DNA from: Candidatus Micrarchaeota archaeon
GTDB taxonomy: Archaea > Micrarchaeota > Micrarchaeia > Anstonellales > Bilamarchaeaceae
Assembly: GCA_018812715.1 (NCBI GenBank)
Contig: JAHJCT010000017.1
Coordinates: 204,019-268,018 of the forward strand
Direction of reading: 5' to 3'
DNA length: 64,000 nucleotides
Shown: positions 17,512-26,657 of the stretch, one piece after another
How positions within the stretch are numbered: position 1 is the stretch's first letter
How the letters are laid out: the number at the start of each line of letters is the position of its first letter
Translations under genes and position numbers: made by a program
The notes under the pieces: generated by a model
Database searches by the model: none
Seen by the model: the letters and a program-made list of their open reading frames with translations, nothing else
What the model was told of the DNA's origin: nothing

Positions 17512-20500
17512 TTATTCATTTTCTCTGCCTACAAAGCTCAGAGTGTGTCTCTCTATGCCTCTTCTGGCTCTTCCCATATCTGTTATTTGAACAGCGAACT
17601 CTTCGCCTTCACCACTTACAGTGAGTCCATAGTCAGTACGGTGCTGTACGTCCCTTCGTATATCACTTGTAAGAAGTCTATACCACTCTGCTCTTATTGC
17701 CATTTCAGTTTGTTCTCTGTTCCCTTCAAATGCACTTCTTAGCAATTGACCGTCTTCTCCTTCATCAGTGAAGAGCCTTTCCAGGGTTCCGTCCAACATG
17801 CTGTTAAAGTCATTTTCAATAGTATAGAACTGTTGAGCCTCAGCGTTCAATTCTGTACCACTTCTCTCAGTTCCAGTTCCTCTAAATCTTTCTACTTCAT
17901 TGATGTATCCTGTATCAACAGCCCACTGTACACGAACACCTTGTGGATCTGAGAATGGATTATAGTCAGATACATTTCCACCATCTGCTTTGTGCCTTTG
18001 CAGTTCTTCAACAAATTCTTCAAGACGGTATCTGTTGAGTCTGTATCGTGCACCTCTGGTATCGACAAAGCTTGTCAGGAGCTCTCTTATATCCTGGTTT
18101 GTTGGCGCAAGAAGAGTGTATGCCATGCTATCTGAAATATCAAATTCAGAAAGTTCTCTTCTTAACTCCCTTCTTGCATATTGTTCAGAGGTATCTTCAA
18201 CCCATCCATTTGTTCTTGCAGTTGCCATTGCTTCATTGAATGTTTCTTCTAACATTACATCAGTTACAGGAACACGTCTTGTTTGCAATGTTTGTCCTTC
18301 CCCAGCTCTTGCTTGTGTTTTTTCTTCCCAAAGAGTAACAAATGCTTCTCTATTTTCTGGTTTGAGGTACTCGGTATGCTCTCCCCTTTCAGCCACTAAT
18401 GGAAGCATAAGTCTTCCTACTCTATCTCTTCCTTGTGCAAAGACAAAATCCACTAATCCAAGATCTGCTATATTATAATTATCCATTACTCTTTCTTGTT
18501 GCTCAGATACGAGGAATCCTCTTTCTACCCATTGCCTTGTATGTTCATTCATATAGTCATAGTCAACTGTTGCCCTCGTTCCCTCTTGTGCCATTAAATA
18601 ATCAACAAATTCATTTGTCATATTCCTGTTGAGTTTAAGGCCATCGGTTATCACAGTATATTCTACATCGATTATACAACAGAACTGATTTCCTGATTCC
18701 CATTCATCTTCAATTGCTAGTGGTTCCCAGTTTTCTACATCATCCATACTTTCAATACCAAGTTCTCTGCATGAATTAGGTATTACTAATCCCGGTGTTG
18801 CTGGAGGCCTTTCAACTGCTTCTCCTGTTCCCTCGGCTACTTCATTAGTTCCTTCAGCTACCTCGCCAGTTCCTTCTGCATTTTCTTCTCTAGGCGGAGG
18901 TTGTGCTCTAGAGGTAGAACCTGCACTTGTTTCCTGAGAACAATTAGCTATGTCATCATCATCCAGTTCGTTTACATCTCTAACATGTTTCAATGTTCTT
19001 CTCTCTTGGAAGAATGTAAGAACACCTTCATTATCATGTTCAACTTGATTATCCCTTAGCCAGTCTAATCTTTCCTCACCTGTAACTCCATATGCAGTTG
19101 TGTAATAACTATCCTCTCTTTCTGCAAGTCGTTCTGGAATGTCGTAACTATCATTTATCATTCTCTTATTTGAGAGCTCACCTTGCATCGGAGACCACCA
19201 TTCCCAAGGTGCTCGGTCGAAGTGGTTTCCAAAATGATTAAAGCTCCAACGCCATGGCATCGCATTCCATGAGAATGGATTGTACCAATGACCTGTAGTT
19301 GATGTACCAATGCGATAGGTCCAAGGTTTGTACCATGCTCCGTTTGGTGTTGTTGTCATCCATTCATTTGGTGATGTGAACCATGCAACACCAAAAGATC
19401 CTATCAAGTATGCTTTGAGTGCTCCTTTCCAAAGTCCCCTCAACCATCTCGGGTAATGTTGGTATGTGTGAGCCTTTCCTGTAATTGGATTTCTACCAAC
19501 AACTTGCTTATTCCAATTTCGTTTCTTAAGATCATCAACTGTTTCTCCAAAGCCCCAACTTGAAAGTCTTCTAAGACGCCCACCTCTAAAATTACCTTGT
19601 GACTTTCCTATCCATGCTTCGCTTGTAAATAATCTCCAGAACCATTTATCTTTGAACTTTTGCCATTTTCCTACAGTTACTTTTGGAGACGGATCCCAGC
19701 TTTCTTTTGTAGCTTCCCAGATCGTTCTTGCTATAACAAATTGACCTTGAGGTATTTCACCTAAGTTTTCAGCAGTTCTTTTATGAAGCATTTCAACTGA
19801 TTTTTCAGCTGCTTTTCCTAATGGCTTGGAATACTTATTTTCTATTTTTACCAGCATCTCTTCTAATGAAGCACGAGGATACTTTCTAGTTTCTATTGCC
19901 TTTACAACTGTCAGCATTCTTTTTCTTACTTCATCAGGCAATTCTGCTCCTTCTACTTTTGTTCTTAATGCAGTTGCTTTTGTATCAAATGCTTCAAGCT
20001 TATATCTGAAAAGTTCTTCGCTTTCACCTTTACCTTTTCGTTCTTGTATCACTGCATCATATTCTGCTTTAGTAATACTTCTTGCTCTAAGCAGTTCATC
20101 CAATTGTTCTGCAGTTTTTGTTCTCAATCCTTGTTCTGTTGAAGGAATACCAAACAATTGCTGGCAGTCGTCCATACGATCAAGAACTTTCTTTGTATCT
20201 TTCATCAATTCACTGATAACTGGATTGCCTAGCCACTCTCCTGCTCTATTTGGAAGTTCATGAATTAATTCTGTACTCACTTCTCTGCAGTCAAGCATAT
20301 GCTTTTTGAAGTTTTCAGAGTATGTCCGTACTACATTTTCAAATCTGCCATTTTCAGTTCCTTGTATTCCACCTAATTCTGCTGAAAGTGTATCAAATAT
20401 TTCTTTTGCTTGAGTATACTCGTCCTCTATTCTCGCCCCCCTAGCAGACAAACTCAGTCCACGGGTATTAAATTCACTAATTCGCTGTCTTGCAATTACT

Positions 20501-21903
20501 AATTCTTGTTCTGCAGTATCCTTCTCTTCAGTAGCTTTTCTTTCTGCATCCTCAATCTGTTTTTGTGTTGCTTTTGCCTTTCCTTCTGCAACAAGCTGTT
20601 TTAGTTTTACAACTTTATCATACTGTTCTGTTTTTTCTACAACAGTTGCTTCGGCTCGTTCAACCAGTCTCTCTGCATCTGCCCTTTCGTTTCTAAATTC
20701 TGAAATTTCGTCATCTATTGCATCTACTCTTGCTGCACTTTCTTCCATGACGCTTTCAGCAGCAGCTCTCCGTACCATCATGTCTTCAACAGTTTGTCGT
20801 TGGCTTGGTCTGCATGGTCCAAATCCTTCAACATCAACAAAATGACCTGTTCCTGGAATACCTAGCCCTTCAACTGTCTCATTTGTAGGTGTTAAAAGAA
20901 TTGCACGAACGAATTGCCTGAAATTATCTGCAGCCATATCTATTGCTATAGATGTTCTTGATTCAAGATAAGCATCCACATAACTTCCATCAAGTACACG
21001 ACGATTAGTTTCTTGAGTATTCTCCGAGTCCATGCTTCTGGTCCCAGAAAGTTGCTTTAAAACACTACCTATGAATTCTCCTTCTTTTCCTGGGCTGAGT
21101 CTTTGTGCGACATTTTCAAGAAATCTAAAGAATGCGTCTGGAGGTAACGCTACTCCTTCTGGCCATGTTTCATGAGTCCACAATGATTCATATAATTTAT
21201 CTCCCCTTTCATCTCTTACACAATTTCCTTGTTCATCTTCTTGCTCAATCGGATTCCCCTTATCATCTAATTTAAATCTAGATCCGATCATTTGCGAATA
21301 AATAATATCAATTCTATCAGCATCAAAATCTTCGACTCTTCCTTCACTTAACTCTTGAGCAAGTCTTTGCCTTACGGCATACATTCTTTCTGCATACGCA
21401 GTATCAAGTTCTTCAAGCGGTGTCGGCACCGTCGGTTTCTTCAACCCATCAATAAATTCTTTTCTGCATACAATCTCTCTTATAAGCATATCAAAGCCAG
21501 AACTTGTCCTGCCCTGTCCTCTTCGTATTGCATCTACCAATTCTAATGTAAATTTAGTCAAATACTCTGCATTTGCTGTATCAGCACCGCTTTGCGGGGT
21601 TCCTCCGGCACCATGCCGTGTATCTTTATCTTGCCCTCGTTCTCCTCTCAGTTCTTTTAATCTTTCTTCTTTAGCAAATTCAATTCTTGCGTCTTTATCT
21701 GCTCTTTTTCGAGCTTTATGATCTTTTCTTAATTCAGGACTTAATGCAGCCCCCAGAACGGGCACTCTCTCTGCCATATATTTGTAACTCTTTGCAGAGC
21801 GACTTTCTCCACCTCTTGCCCAATCAAATACTCTTTGCCTTATACCAGCTTTCTCAGCCTGTTTATCTCTTCCCTGAGCCCTATCTATAACACTACCCGT
21901 CAT
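17512..21903 (-). CDS. Giant protein, 1463 aa, paralogous to the 2854-aa protein. Coiled-coil N-terminal half, Trp-rich module and a conserved C-terminal domain.
   Basis: Uninterrupted ORF. Trp-rich module 19190-19680 (WFWRLFTSEAW...GGRLRRLSSWGFG...YLIGSFGVAWF...PWEWW) aligns with the 2854-aa segment WRILRFLNNWEPLTNWGARRF...GGRIRAGLRNS...YVIGNYAWDN. The last ~100 aa (AEAQQFY...WYRLLTSDIRRDVQHRTDYGLTVSGEGEEFAVQI) align with the 2854-aa C-terminus. TATA-like TTTACTATTTAAT and GGAGG lie upstream of the ATG. Confidence 0.85.
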   Translation of the reverse strand: MTGSVIDRAQGRDKQAEKAGIRQRVFDWARGGESRSAKSYKYMAERVPVLGAALSPELRKDHKARKRADKDARIEFAKEERLKELRGERGQDKDTRHGAGGTPQSGADTANAEYLTKFTLELVDAIRRGQGRTSSGFDMLIREIVCRKEFIDGLKKPTVPTPLEELDTAYAERMYAVRQRLAQELSEGRVEDFDADRIDIIYSQMIGSRFKLDDKGNPIEQEDEQGNCVRDERGDKLYESLWTHETWPEGVALPPDAFFRFLENVAQRLSPGKEGEFIGSVLKQLSGTRSMDSENTQETNRRVLDGSYVDAYLESRTSIAIDMAADNFRQFVRAILLTPTNETVEGLGIPGTGHFVDVEGFGPCRPSQRQTVEDMMVRRAAAESVMEESAARVDAIDDEISEFRNERADAERLVERAEATVVEKTEQYDKVVKLKQLVAEGKAKATQKQIEDAERKATEEKDTAEQELVIARQRISEFNTRGLSLSARGARIEDEYTQAKEIFDTLSAELGGIQGTENGRFENVVRTYSENFKKHMLDCREVSTELIHELPNRAGEWLGNPVISELMKDTKKVLDRMDDCQQLFGIPSTEQGLRTKTAEQLDELLRARSITKAEYDAVIQERKGKGESEELFRYKLEAFDTKATALRTKVEGAELPDEVRKRMLTVVKAIETRKYPRASLEEMLVKIENKYSKPLGKAAEKSVEMLHKRTAENLGEIPQGQFVIARTIWEATKESWDPSPKVTVGKWQKFKDKWFWRLFTSEAWIGKSQGNFRGGRLRRLSSWGFGETVDDLKKRNWNKQVVGRNPITGKAHTYQHYPRWLRGLWKGALKAYLIGSFGVAWFTSPNEWMTTTPNGAWYKPWTYRIGTSTTGHWYNPFSWNAMPWRWSFNHFGNHFDRAPWEWWSPMQGELSNKRMINDSYDIPERLAEREDSYYTTAYGVTGEERLDWLRDNQVEHDNEGVLTFFQERRTLKHVRDVNELDDDDIANCSQETSAGSTSRAQPPPREENAEGTGEVAEGTNEVAEGTGEAVERPPATPGLVIPNSCRELGIESMDDVENWEPLAIEDEWESGNQFCCIIDVEYTVITDGLKLNRNMTNEFVDYLMAQEGTRATVDYDYMNEHTRQWVERGFLVSEQQERVMDNYNIADLGLVDFVFAQGRDRVGRLMLPLVAERGEHTEYLKPENREAFVTLWEEKTQARAGEGQTLQTRRVPVTDVMLEETFNEAMATARTNGWVEDTSEQYARRELRRELSEFDISDSMAYTLLAPTNQDIRELLTSFVDTRGARYRLNRYRLEEFVEELQRHKADGGNVSDYNPFSDPQGVRVQWAVDTGYINEVERFRGTGTERSGTELNAEAQQFYTIENDFNSMLDGTLERLFTDEGEDGQLLRSAFEGNREQTEMAIRAEWYRLLTSDIRRDVQHRTDYGLTVSGEGEEFAVQITDMGRARRGIERHTLSFVGRENE

Positions 21904-21990
21904 TTTTTCTAAGCCTCCAGTTATTACATTAAATAGTAAATAATGTGGCTAAAACTCTTTAAAAAAGTATGTTTCAGTGGTTTTACATGG

Positions 21991-22428
21991 TTATAATCTT
22001 TCCTTAACTAGCTCAACGAATTTCTTTGCATTTTCTAATGCCTTTTCTGCTTCTTCTTTTCCTACACTATCTGATTCTCCATATACGACGTCATGCCGTC
22101 TTACTCGATACCGATTAAATGTATTTGCTAATCCGATCGACTCTGCTGGAAAGACTGCTGCACAGAATTGAACTACCGCGAGATGATGGGCCTCTGATAC
22201 TGGCATATATCCTTTATACGTCATCAAAGCCCTACCAGCAGATAGCATAGCATTATACGCTATTGCCAGTGCCCAATCATAATTCTTATTTTTCAAATTA
22301 TCTGATGCTACCCTCAGGTCTCTTTCTGCCATCAATAGTATCTCTTTAGCTTTTTCTCTATCGCTTTCCACTTTTCTTACTAAATCCTTCTTTAACAATT
22401 CTGCTAAATTCATCCTTCTCACCAACAA
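21991..22428 (-). CDS. HEPN-domain protein (toxin-like partner of the upstream nucleotidyltransferase)
   Basis: Rx4HxxxY motif (RYRVRRHDVVYG) near the C-terminus of a small helical protein. It overlaps the 3' end of the upstream minimal-nucleotidyltransferase gene. Confidence 0.65.
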   Translation of the reverse strand: MLVRRMNLAELLKKDLVRKVESDREKAKEILLMAERDLRVASDNLKNKNYDWALAIAYNAMLSAGRALMTYKGYMPVSEAHHLAVVQFCAAVFPAESIGLANTFNRYRVRRHDVVYGESDSVGKEEAEKALENAKKFVELVKERL

Positions 22429-22966
22429 GCCAAATGATTTTTTTCTTTAAAATATTAGTCAAAAATGAACCTTTCTTTTTTATTTTTTCTTCGAAATCTT
22501 TCTCACTCCATAAAATGAAATTTATTGCTTTTTCATGTTCTTTTTGTATTTCAAATATTCTATTTGCAAGAGTTTCATCATTCACATCTCCAATAACTAG
22601 GATATCTATATCACTATGTTTTTTCTCCTGTTCTCTGGCGCTACTGCCAAAAATAAAGGCATATTTTATTCTACCAGTTGCTTGCAAAACACTCTGTAAT
22701 TTGAAAATTACGCCCTCTGTTTTTTGGTAAAGTTTTTTTAGATCATGTAAAAACGGACATGCTTTGTTTAAATTGAATGCGAGCTGATTCCCTCTTTTTT
22801 CTTTTAGTAATATGTTTAACTCTGTCAATATCTCAAGTTCTCGTTTTGCTTCATAAGGTGAAACTCCAGCTCTTCTTGCAATTTCTCTAAGATGAAGCCC
22901 GTCTTCAAATAATACAATCCCAAGAACTTTTACTTCAGCCTTTGAACGCAATAATCTCTCTAACAT
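22358..22966 (-). CDS. Minimal nucleotidyltransferase (MNT) with N-terminal winged-HTH, paired with the HEPN protein
   Basis: GSSAREQEKKHSDIDILVIGD matches the GS...D.D nucleotidyltransferase signature. The N-terminal LHLREIARRAGVSPYEAKRELEIL is HTH-like. HEPN/MNT pairs are typical toxin-antitoxin or defence modules. Confidence 0.7.
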   Translation of the reverse strand: MLERLLRSKAEVKVLGIVLFEDGLHLREIARRAGVSPYEAKRELEILTELNILLKEKRGNQLAFNLNKACPFLHDLKKLYQKTEGVIFKLQSVLQATGRIKYAFIFGSSAREQEKKHSDIDILVIGDVNDETLANRIFEIQKEHEKAINFILWSEKDFEEKIKKKGSFLTNILKKKIIWLVGEKDEFSRIVKEGFSKKSGKR

Positions 22967-23006
22967 GTTATACTAAATAAAACAATTGTTATTTTAAATT
23001 TAACAC

Positions 23007-24365
23007 TTACTCAACGATCCGATTTACTATCTTAACTGGATCAAAGGCTTCTAAATCCTCATACCGTTGCCCAATACCAACATAGAGCACAGGTATGTCA
23101 GTCGTTTTATTTATAGAGAGCATTGTTCCGCCTTTAGGGTCACAATCTAATTTAGTTAGTATTATCCCATCAATCCCAATTTCCTTGTTAAATGTTTGAA
23201 TCTGCTCTATTATTGCATTACCAGCAATACTCTCTCCAATATACACTTTAATTTCAGGTTGAATAATTCGATTCATTTTCTTTATTTCATTTATCAGGCT
23301 TATGTTGGTATCTTGTCTTCCTGCAGTGTCTATAAGCACTGCATCAATACCGCGTGCTTTTGCATAATTCATTGCATCATAAGCAACAGAAGTAGGGTCA
23401 CTTCCATATTCTCTTTTTATCATCTTCACTCCGAGCCTGTCAGCATGAATCTCCATTTGTTCAATTGCAGCAGCCCTGAATGTATCTGCTGCAGCAAACA
23501 CAACTTTCTGATCATTTTCCATTAATAATCTTGCAACCTTGCCGATAGTCGTTGTTTTTCCAGCTCCATTAATTCCAAGAAACATTATTTTTACAGGTTT
23601 TTCAGATACTTTTACCTTTTCTACAATGTCAAAGATTCTTTCATTTGTTATCATCTGAATCAATGTTTCTCTGATAGTATTGCTCACAAAAGCATGGAGT
23701 TCTTCTTTCTTTATTTTTGCGCCAACAAGTCTCTCAGTTAATTCTAGTCTTATAGCTTCTGCAACAGATAATTCAACATCTGATTCGAGAAGTTCAAGCT
23801 CTAAATTTTCTAATAATTCTTTTACATCTCCTTCGGTTATTTCTACTTCACGAATTACAAAGCTCTTTATTTTACTAATTGCACCAAGTTTGATTCTTTC
23901 TTTTTCTTCTACTTTTGGTGGAGGTTCTTCTTTCTTTTCTTGTTGTTCGATTATCTTCTCTTTAGGTTCGACTACTTTTGGTTCTTCTTTTTTCTTTTCT
24001 GGTTTTTTTGGAATAACCCTTTCAATTACTTTCTCTATTATTGGTTTTTCTTTAACTAAAACTGGCTCTTCCTTTGGTATTTCTTCTTTAGGTTCGATTT
24101 TTTTAGCTTCAGTAACTATTTCAACAGTTTTCTTTGGTGCTTCTTTTTTCTTTTCAGATTTTTTAGGGAGTGATTTTTCTTCTACCTTTTGAGGTTCTTT
24201 TTTTGGTAGAACTTTTTTCTTTTCAATTTTTTTCTCAGAAATCTTTTCCTGTTTTTCTTTCTTTTCAGGGGCAATCTTTTCTTCTATTTCTTTAGGTGGG
24301 AGGTCTTCTTTTTTTGTAAGTTTATCTACAAAACCAGTGATTTTTTTCTTTAAAAAATCAAACAT
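23007..24365 (-). CDS. ftsY: Signal recognition particle receptor FtsY
   Basis: SRP-GTPase motifs GINGAGKTTTIGK and DTAGRQ. Long K/E-rich N-terminal region and no M-domain. Conserved archaeal position downstream of pfdA. Confidence 0.9.
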   Translation of the reverse strand: MFDFLKKKITGFVDKLTKKEDLPPKEIEEKIAPEKKEKQEKISEKKIEKKKVLPKKEPQKVEEKSLPKKSEKKKEAPKKTVEIVTEAKKIEPKEEIPKEEPVLVKEKPIIEKVIERVIPKKPEKKKEEPKVVEPKEKIIEQQEKKEEPPPKVEEKERIKLGAISKIKSFVIREVEITEGDVKELLENLELELLESDVELSVAEAIRLELTERLVGAKIKKEELHAFVSNTIRETLIQMITNERIFDIVEKVKVSEKPVKIMFLGINGAGKTTTIGKVARLLMENDQKVVFAAADTFRAAAIEQMEIHADRLGVKMIKREYGSDPTSVAYDAMNYAKARGIDAVLIDTAGRQDTNISLINEIKKMNRIIQPEIKVYIGESIAGNAIIEQIQTFNKEIGIDGIILTKLDCDPKGGTMLSINKTTDIPVLYVGIGQRYEDLEAFDPVKIVNRIVE

Positions 24366-24396
24366 AGAAACTTTGACCTCTTGCTAGATGAAATAA

Positions 24397-24855
24397 TCAG
24401 ATGTAATCCTCTCTTATATTACTATCTACGCGTTCACTTAGTTCTGCTTCATTTTGTATTTGTCTCATTTCTACTGCAGTGGTATGAAGTTTTGTTGTTA
24501 TTTTGTTGAATTCCTCTGTTAATCTTTCTACTGCTTTTTTTGTTGCCTCTATTCTTTTTTCAATTTCTGTGATGGCACTTTCCCTATCCATCTCTGCCAT
24601 ATATTGTGCCCCTATCGGAACAAGGATTTTTGTTTCGCTGATGGCGCTTTTTATCATAGCGCCGCCGCCTATCGGAACAAGAACTGATTTCTCCTTTGGT
24701 TCTTCTTTGATGTTCTCTATTGTAGTAAGTGCGTTTGTCAAATCTACAGTTGTTAATCCTATTCTTTCCGTTTCACGTTTTATTAATGCGATCTGTTCTT
24801 TGTATACTGCAAGTTCATAATTCAGTTGAGCTACTCTTTCTTCTATTGATGCCAT
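24397..24855 (-). CDS. pfdA: Prefoldin alpha subunit
   Basis: 152 aa with coiled-coil ends and a central beta-hairpin region (VLVPIGGGAMIKSAI...ILVPIGAQYMAEM). Conserved LX-pfdA-ftsY gene order. Confidence 0.75.
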   Translation of the reverse strand: MASIEERVAQLNYELAVYKEQIALIKRETERIGLTTVDLTNALTTIENIKEEPKEKSVLVPIGGGAMIKSAISETKILVPIGAQYMAEMDRESAITEIEKRIEATKKAVERLTEEFNKITTKLHTTAVEMRQIQNEAELSERVDSNIREDYI

Positions 24856-24856
24856 A

Positions 24857-25030
24857 TTATCCCTTTTCTATCTTCTCTATCTTAATATTATTCCTTTTCA
24901 CTCCATTTTCAGAACCAAAGAGTGCATAAACTCTTTCCGTTGCCGCTTTTTCGGTTTGGGCATCTACTGTTTTTGCAAATGTCCGCCTTTCTTTTCCAAG
25001 CATTAATGTTCCACTGATGGTAAACTCCAT
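24857..25030 (-). CDS. Ribosomal protein LX (L18Ae/L20A family), 58 aa; below the ORF-track cutoff
   Basis: My translation is MEFTISGTLMLGKERRTFAKTVDAQTEKAATERVYALFGSENGVKRNNIKIEKIEKG, with the LX-like ...LGS..GVKR..I.I.. pattern. It sits between eIF6 and pfdA as in the conserved archaeal cluster. Confidence 0.65.
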   Translation of the reverse strand: MEFTISGTLMLGKERRTFAKTVDAQTEKAATERVYALFGSENGVKRNNIKIEKIEKG

Positions 25031-25039
25031 GTTTTCACC

Positions 25040-25699
25040 TCATTTTATTAAACCCAGGGCCTCTTCAAGCCTTCCAAGTTCAAATGCTGTTGTGTGCTCT
25101 CCAGCCACATAACCATTCTTATTAACAATAATCCCATAAGATACAAATCCAGTTCCTGTGTTTACTGTTCCTTTACTTCCATATACTTTCAATGCGTCTT
25201 TCAATACTGCCATTTCATTTTCATTGCTTTTGTAATGTGCTAGGAATCCAGTATTTGTTGCTATACACGCACTTCCAACTGTACTATGCCCAGCGACTGT
25301 TGTAGGCACTAATTCAACTCCAAGTACCTCTTCCATCTCTTTAATCTCTTTTTTACTTATATTCGGATTGATTATGCCTCCCTTATCATTTACTGCTATA
25401 TTATTGCCATGTGCGTTATACCTCTCCGATGATATATACGTATTAAGTCCACATTTTTTTAGTGCATCCACTTCTTTTTCGTTTACAATATTTGGCAGAA
25501 TAATACCATTGGAGTTTATTGCAGTATAGATACCAAGAAGGTTTGAATCTGCAATTGTAGTCTTTATTATCTCAGTCTTTAGGTTACTCTCTATCGCTTC
25601 ATCAAGCTTCTTCATGCTGTCAACCGGCAGCATGGTTATTTTGTCATTTGTTTTGATAAACATCCCTATCCAAGGATTTCCAAAGTATGTAGTCCTCAT
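25040..25699 (-). CDS. eif6: Translation initiation factor 6 (eIF6)
   Basis: 219 aa with the pentameric-repeat character of eIF6 (LLGIYTAINSNGIILP..., GNNIAVNDKGGIINP...). Conserved L31e-eIF6-LX-pfdA order. Confidence 0.85.
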   Translation of the reverse strand: MRTTYFGNPWIGMFIKTNDKITMLPVDSMKKLDEAIESNLKTEIIKTTIADSNLLGIYTAINSNGIILPNIVNEKEVDALKKCGLNTYISSERYNAHGNNIAVNDKGGIINPNISKKEIKEMEEVLGVELVPTTVAGHSTVGSACIATNTGFLAHYKSNENEMAVLKDALKVYGSKGTVNTGTGFVSYGIIVNKNGYVAGEHTTAFELGRLEEALGLIK

Positions 25700-26178
25700 T
25701 TCTTTTCCTCAACTTTTTCCTTCTTTTCAGGTTCCTTTGTTTTTTCCTCTACTTTCTTCGGTTCAGCCTTCTCTTCTTTCTTTGATTCTACTTTCTCCTT
25801 TGGCTTTTCTTCGACCTTCTTTGTTTCTATCTTCTCGTCAATCTTCTTTTCTTCCTTTTTAGGTTCAGCCTTCTCTTCGGATTTCTTTTCCTTAGGTTTT
25901 TCCTTCGGCACTTCATCTGAGAGATATGCATTTATCGTGCCATCCTCTTTGATGACTCTTATTTTGATTTTTCTTGGTGGTTTTTGTATGCTCCTTTCCC
26001 ATAAACTTTTGTTCAATGCTTCACTGATTAGTATCCTTTCTCCAGTAGCTTTCATATGCTTTGAAATAAATTCTCTGAGCAATTTTACTGCCTTCGGAAC
26101 ACGCTTATTTCTAGGGACCTCAAATGCATCTCCAAGCGGAACAGTGTAGATTCTTTCCAGTTTCACCATAAAAATCAC
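25696..26178 (-). CDS. rpl31e: Ribosomal protein L31e with K/E-rich C-terminal extension
   Basis: N-terminal ~90 aa (RIYTVPLGDAF...PRNKRVPKAVKLLREF...) match L31e. A low-complexity KEKPKEKK tail follows. It may start at the GTG at 26178 or the ATG at 26169. Confidence 0.8.
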   Translation of the reverse strand: MIFMVKLERIYTVPLGDAFEVPRNKRVPKAVKLLREFISKHMKATGERILISEALNKSLWERSIQKPPRKIKIRVIKEDGTINAYLSDEVPKEKPKEKKSEEKAEPKKEEKKIDEKIETKKVEEKPKEKVESKKEEKAEPKKVEEKTKEPEKKEKVEEKK

Positions 26179-26337
26179 CTAATCTTCTATTCGGAGTTTG
26201 TCTGTCCTCCAATTTCTATTTCTTTTATTCTGTGTAACCTTTCTTTTGGTCCTGAGCATTACAAATGCAGGTATTCTCCTTATCTTTCTCTTTTCTTTAG
26301 CGAGTCTCATCTTCTTTGTCAATCCTTTCTTACTCAT
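26179..26337 (-). CDS. rpl39e: Ribosomal protein L39e (52 aa); below the ORF-track cutoff
   Basis: My translation is MSKKGLTKKMRLAKEKRKIRRIPAFVMLRTKRKVTQNKRNRNWRTDKLRIED. It is a very basic protein matching L39e. Its stop abuts the L31e start. Confidence 0.75.
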   Translation of the reverse strand: MSKKGLTKKMRLAKEKRKIRRIPAFVMLRTKRKVTQNKRNRNWRTDKLRIED

Positions 26338-26342
26338 AATGA

Positions 26343-26657
26343 TCACTTCCGCTGAAATTTTATTGTAGATTCTCTTTCAGTCTGTTCTTTTATTACAGTT
26401 AAAAGCGAGAGCAACTCACTTTCGCTTATTTTGCGACCCATTCTTTTGAACAACATAAGAGCATTTTTTGCAGCAGTAAGATAAAGCTCTTTATTAGCCA
26501 ACGAAACGTTTATGAGACGTTCATAGGCAGATTCATCAAGAGCATATCTCAAAGTTGCTTTCAATTGCTCTTCAGCTTTTTTTGCTTCAAACTTTTTCTT
26601 TTTTATATCTTCGACTTCTTCGTCGTCCATCTTAAACGCTCTCTTTAGCAGCCTCAT
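26343..26657 (-). CDS. PDCD5-like dsDNA-binding protein (pfam01984 family)
   Basis: 104 aa. LRYALDESAYERLINVSLANKELYLTAA fits the archaeal PDCD5/TFAR19 homologues, which conventionally lie between S19e and L39e. Confidence 0.6.
   Translation of the reverse strand: MRLLKRAFKMDDEEVEDIKKKKFEAKKAEEQLKATLRYALDESAYERLINVSLANKELYLTAAKNALMLFKRMGRKISESELLSLLTVIKEQTERESTIKFQRK

Noticed and set aside
8600-21900. Numerous plus-strand ORFs of 60-190 aa inside the giant genes (for example 9890-10300, 12506-13069, 17990-18478, 19826-20263)
   Set aside because: All lie antisense within long, well-supported minus-strand ORFs. They are Ser/Leu/Cys/Phe-rich low-complexity translations of the pyrimidine-rich strand, so they are spurious.
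1-22000. Considered annotating the GC-rich block as a provirus or integrative element
   Set aside because: No integrase, transposase, capsid, terminase or replication-initiator signatures, and no flanking att repeats. Compositional distinctness alone does not justify a mobile-element call.
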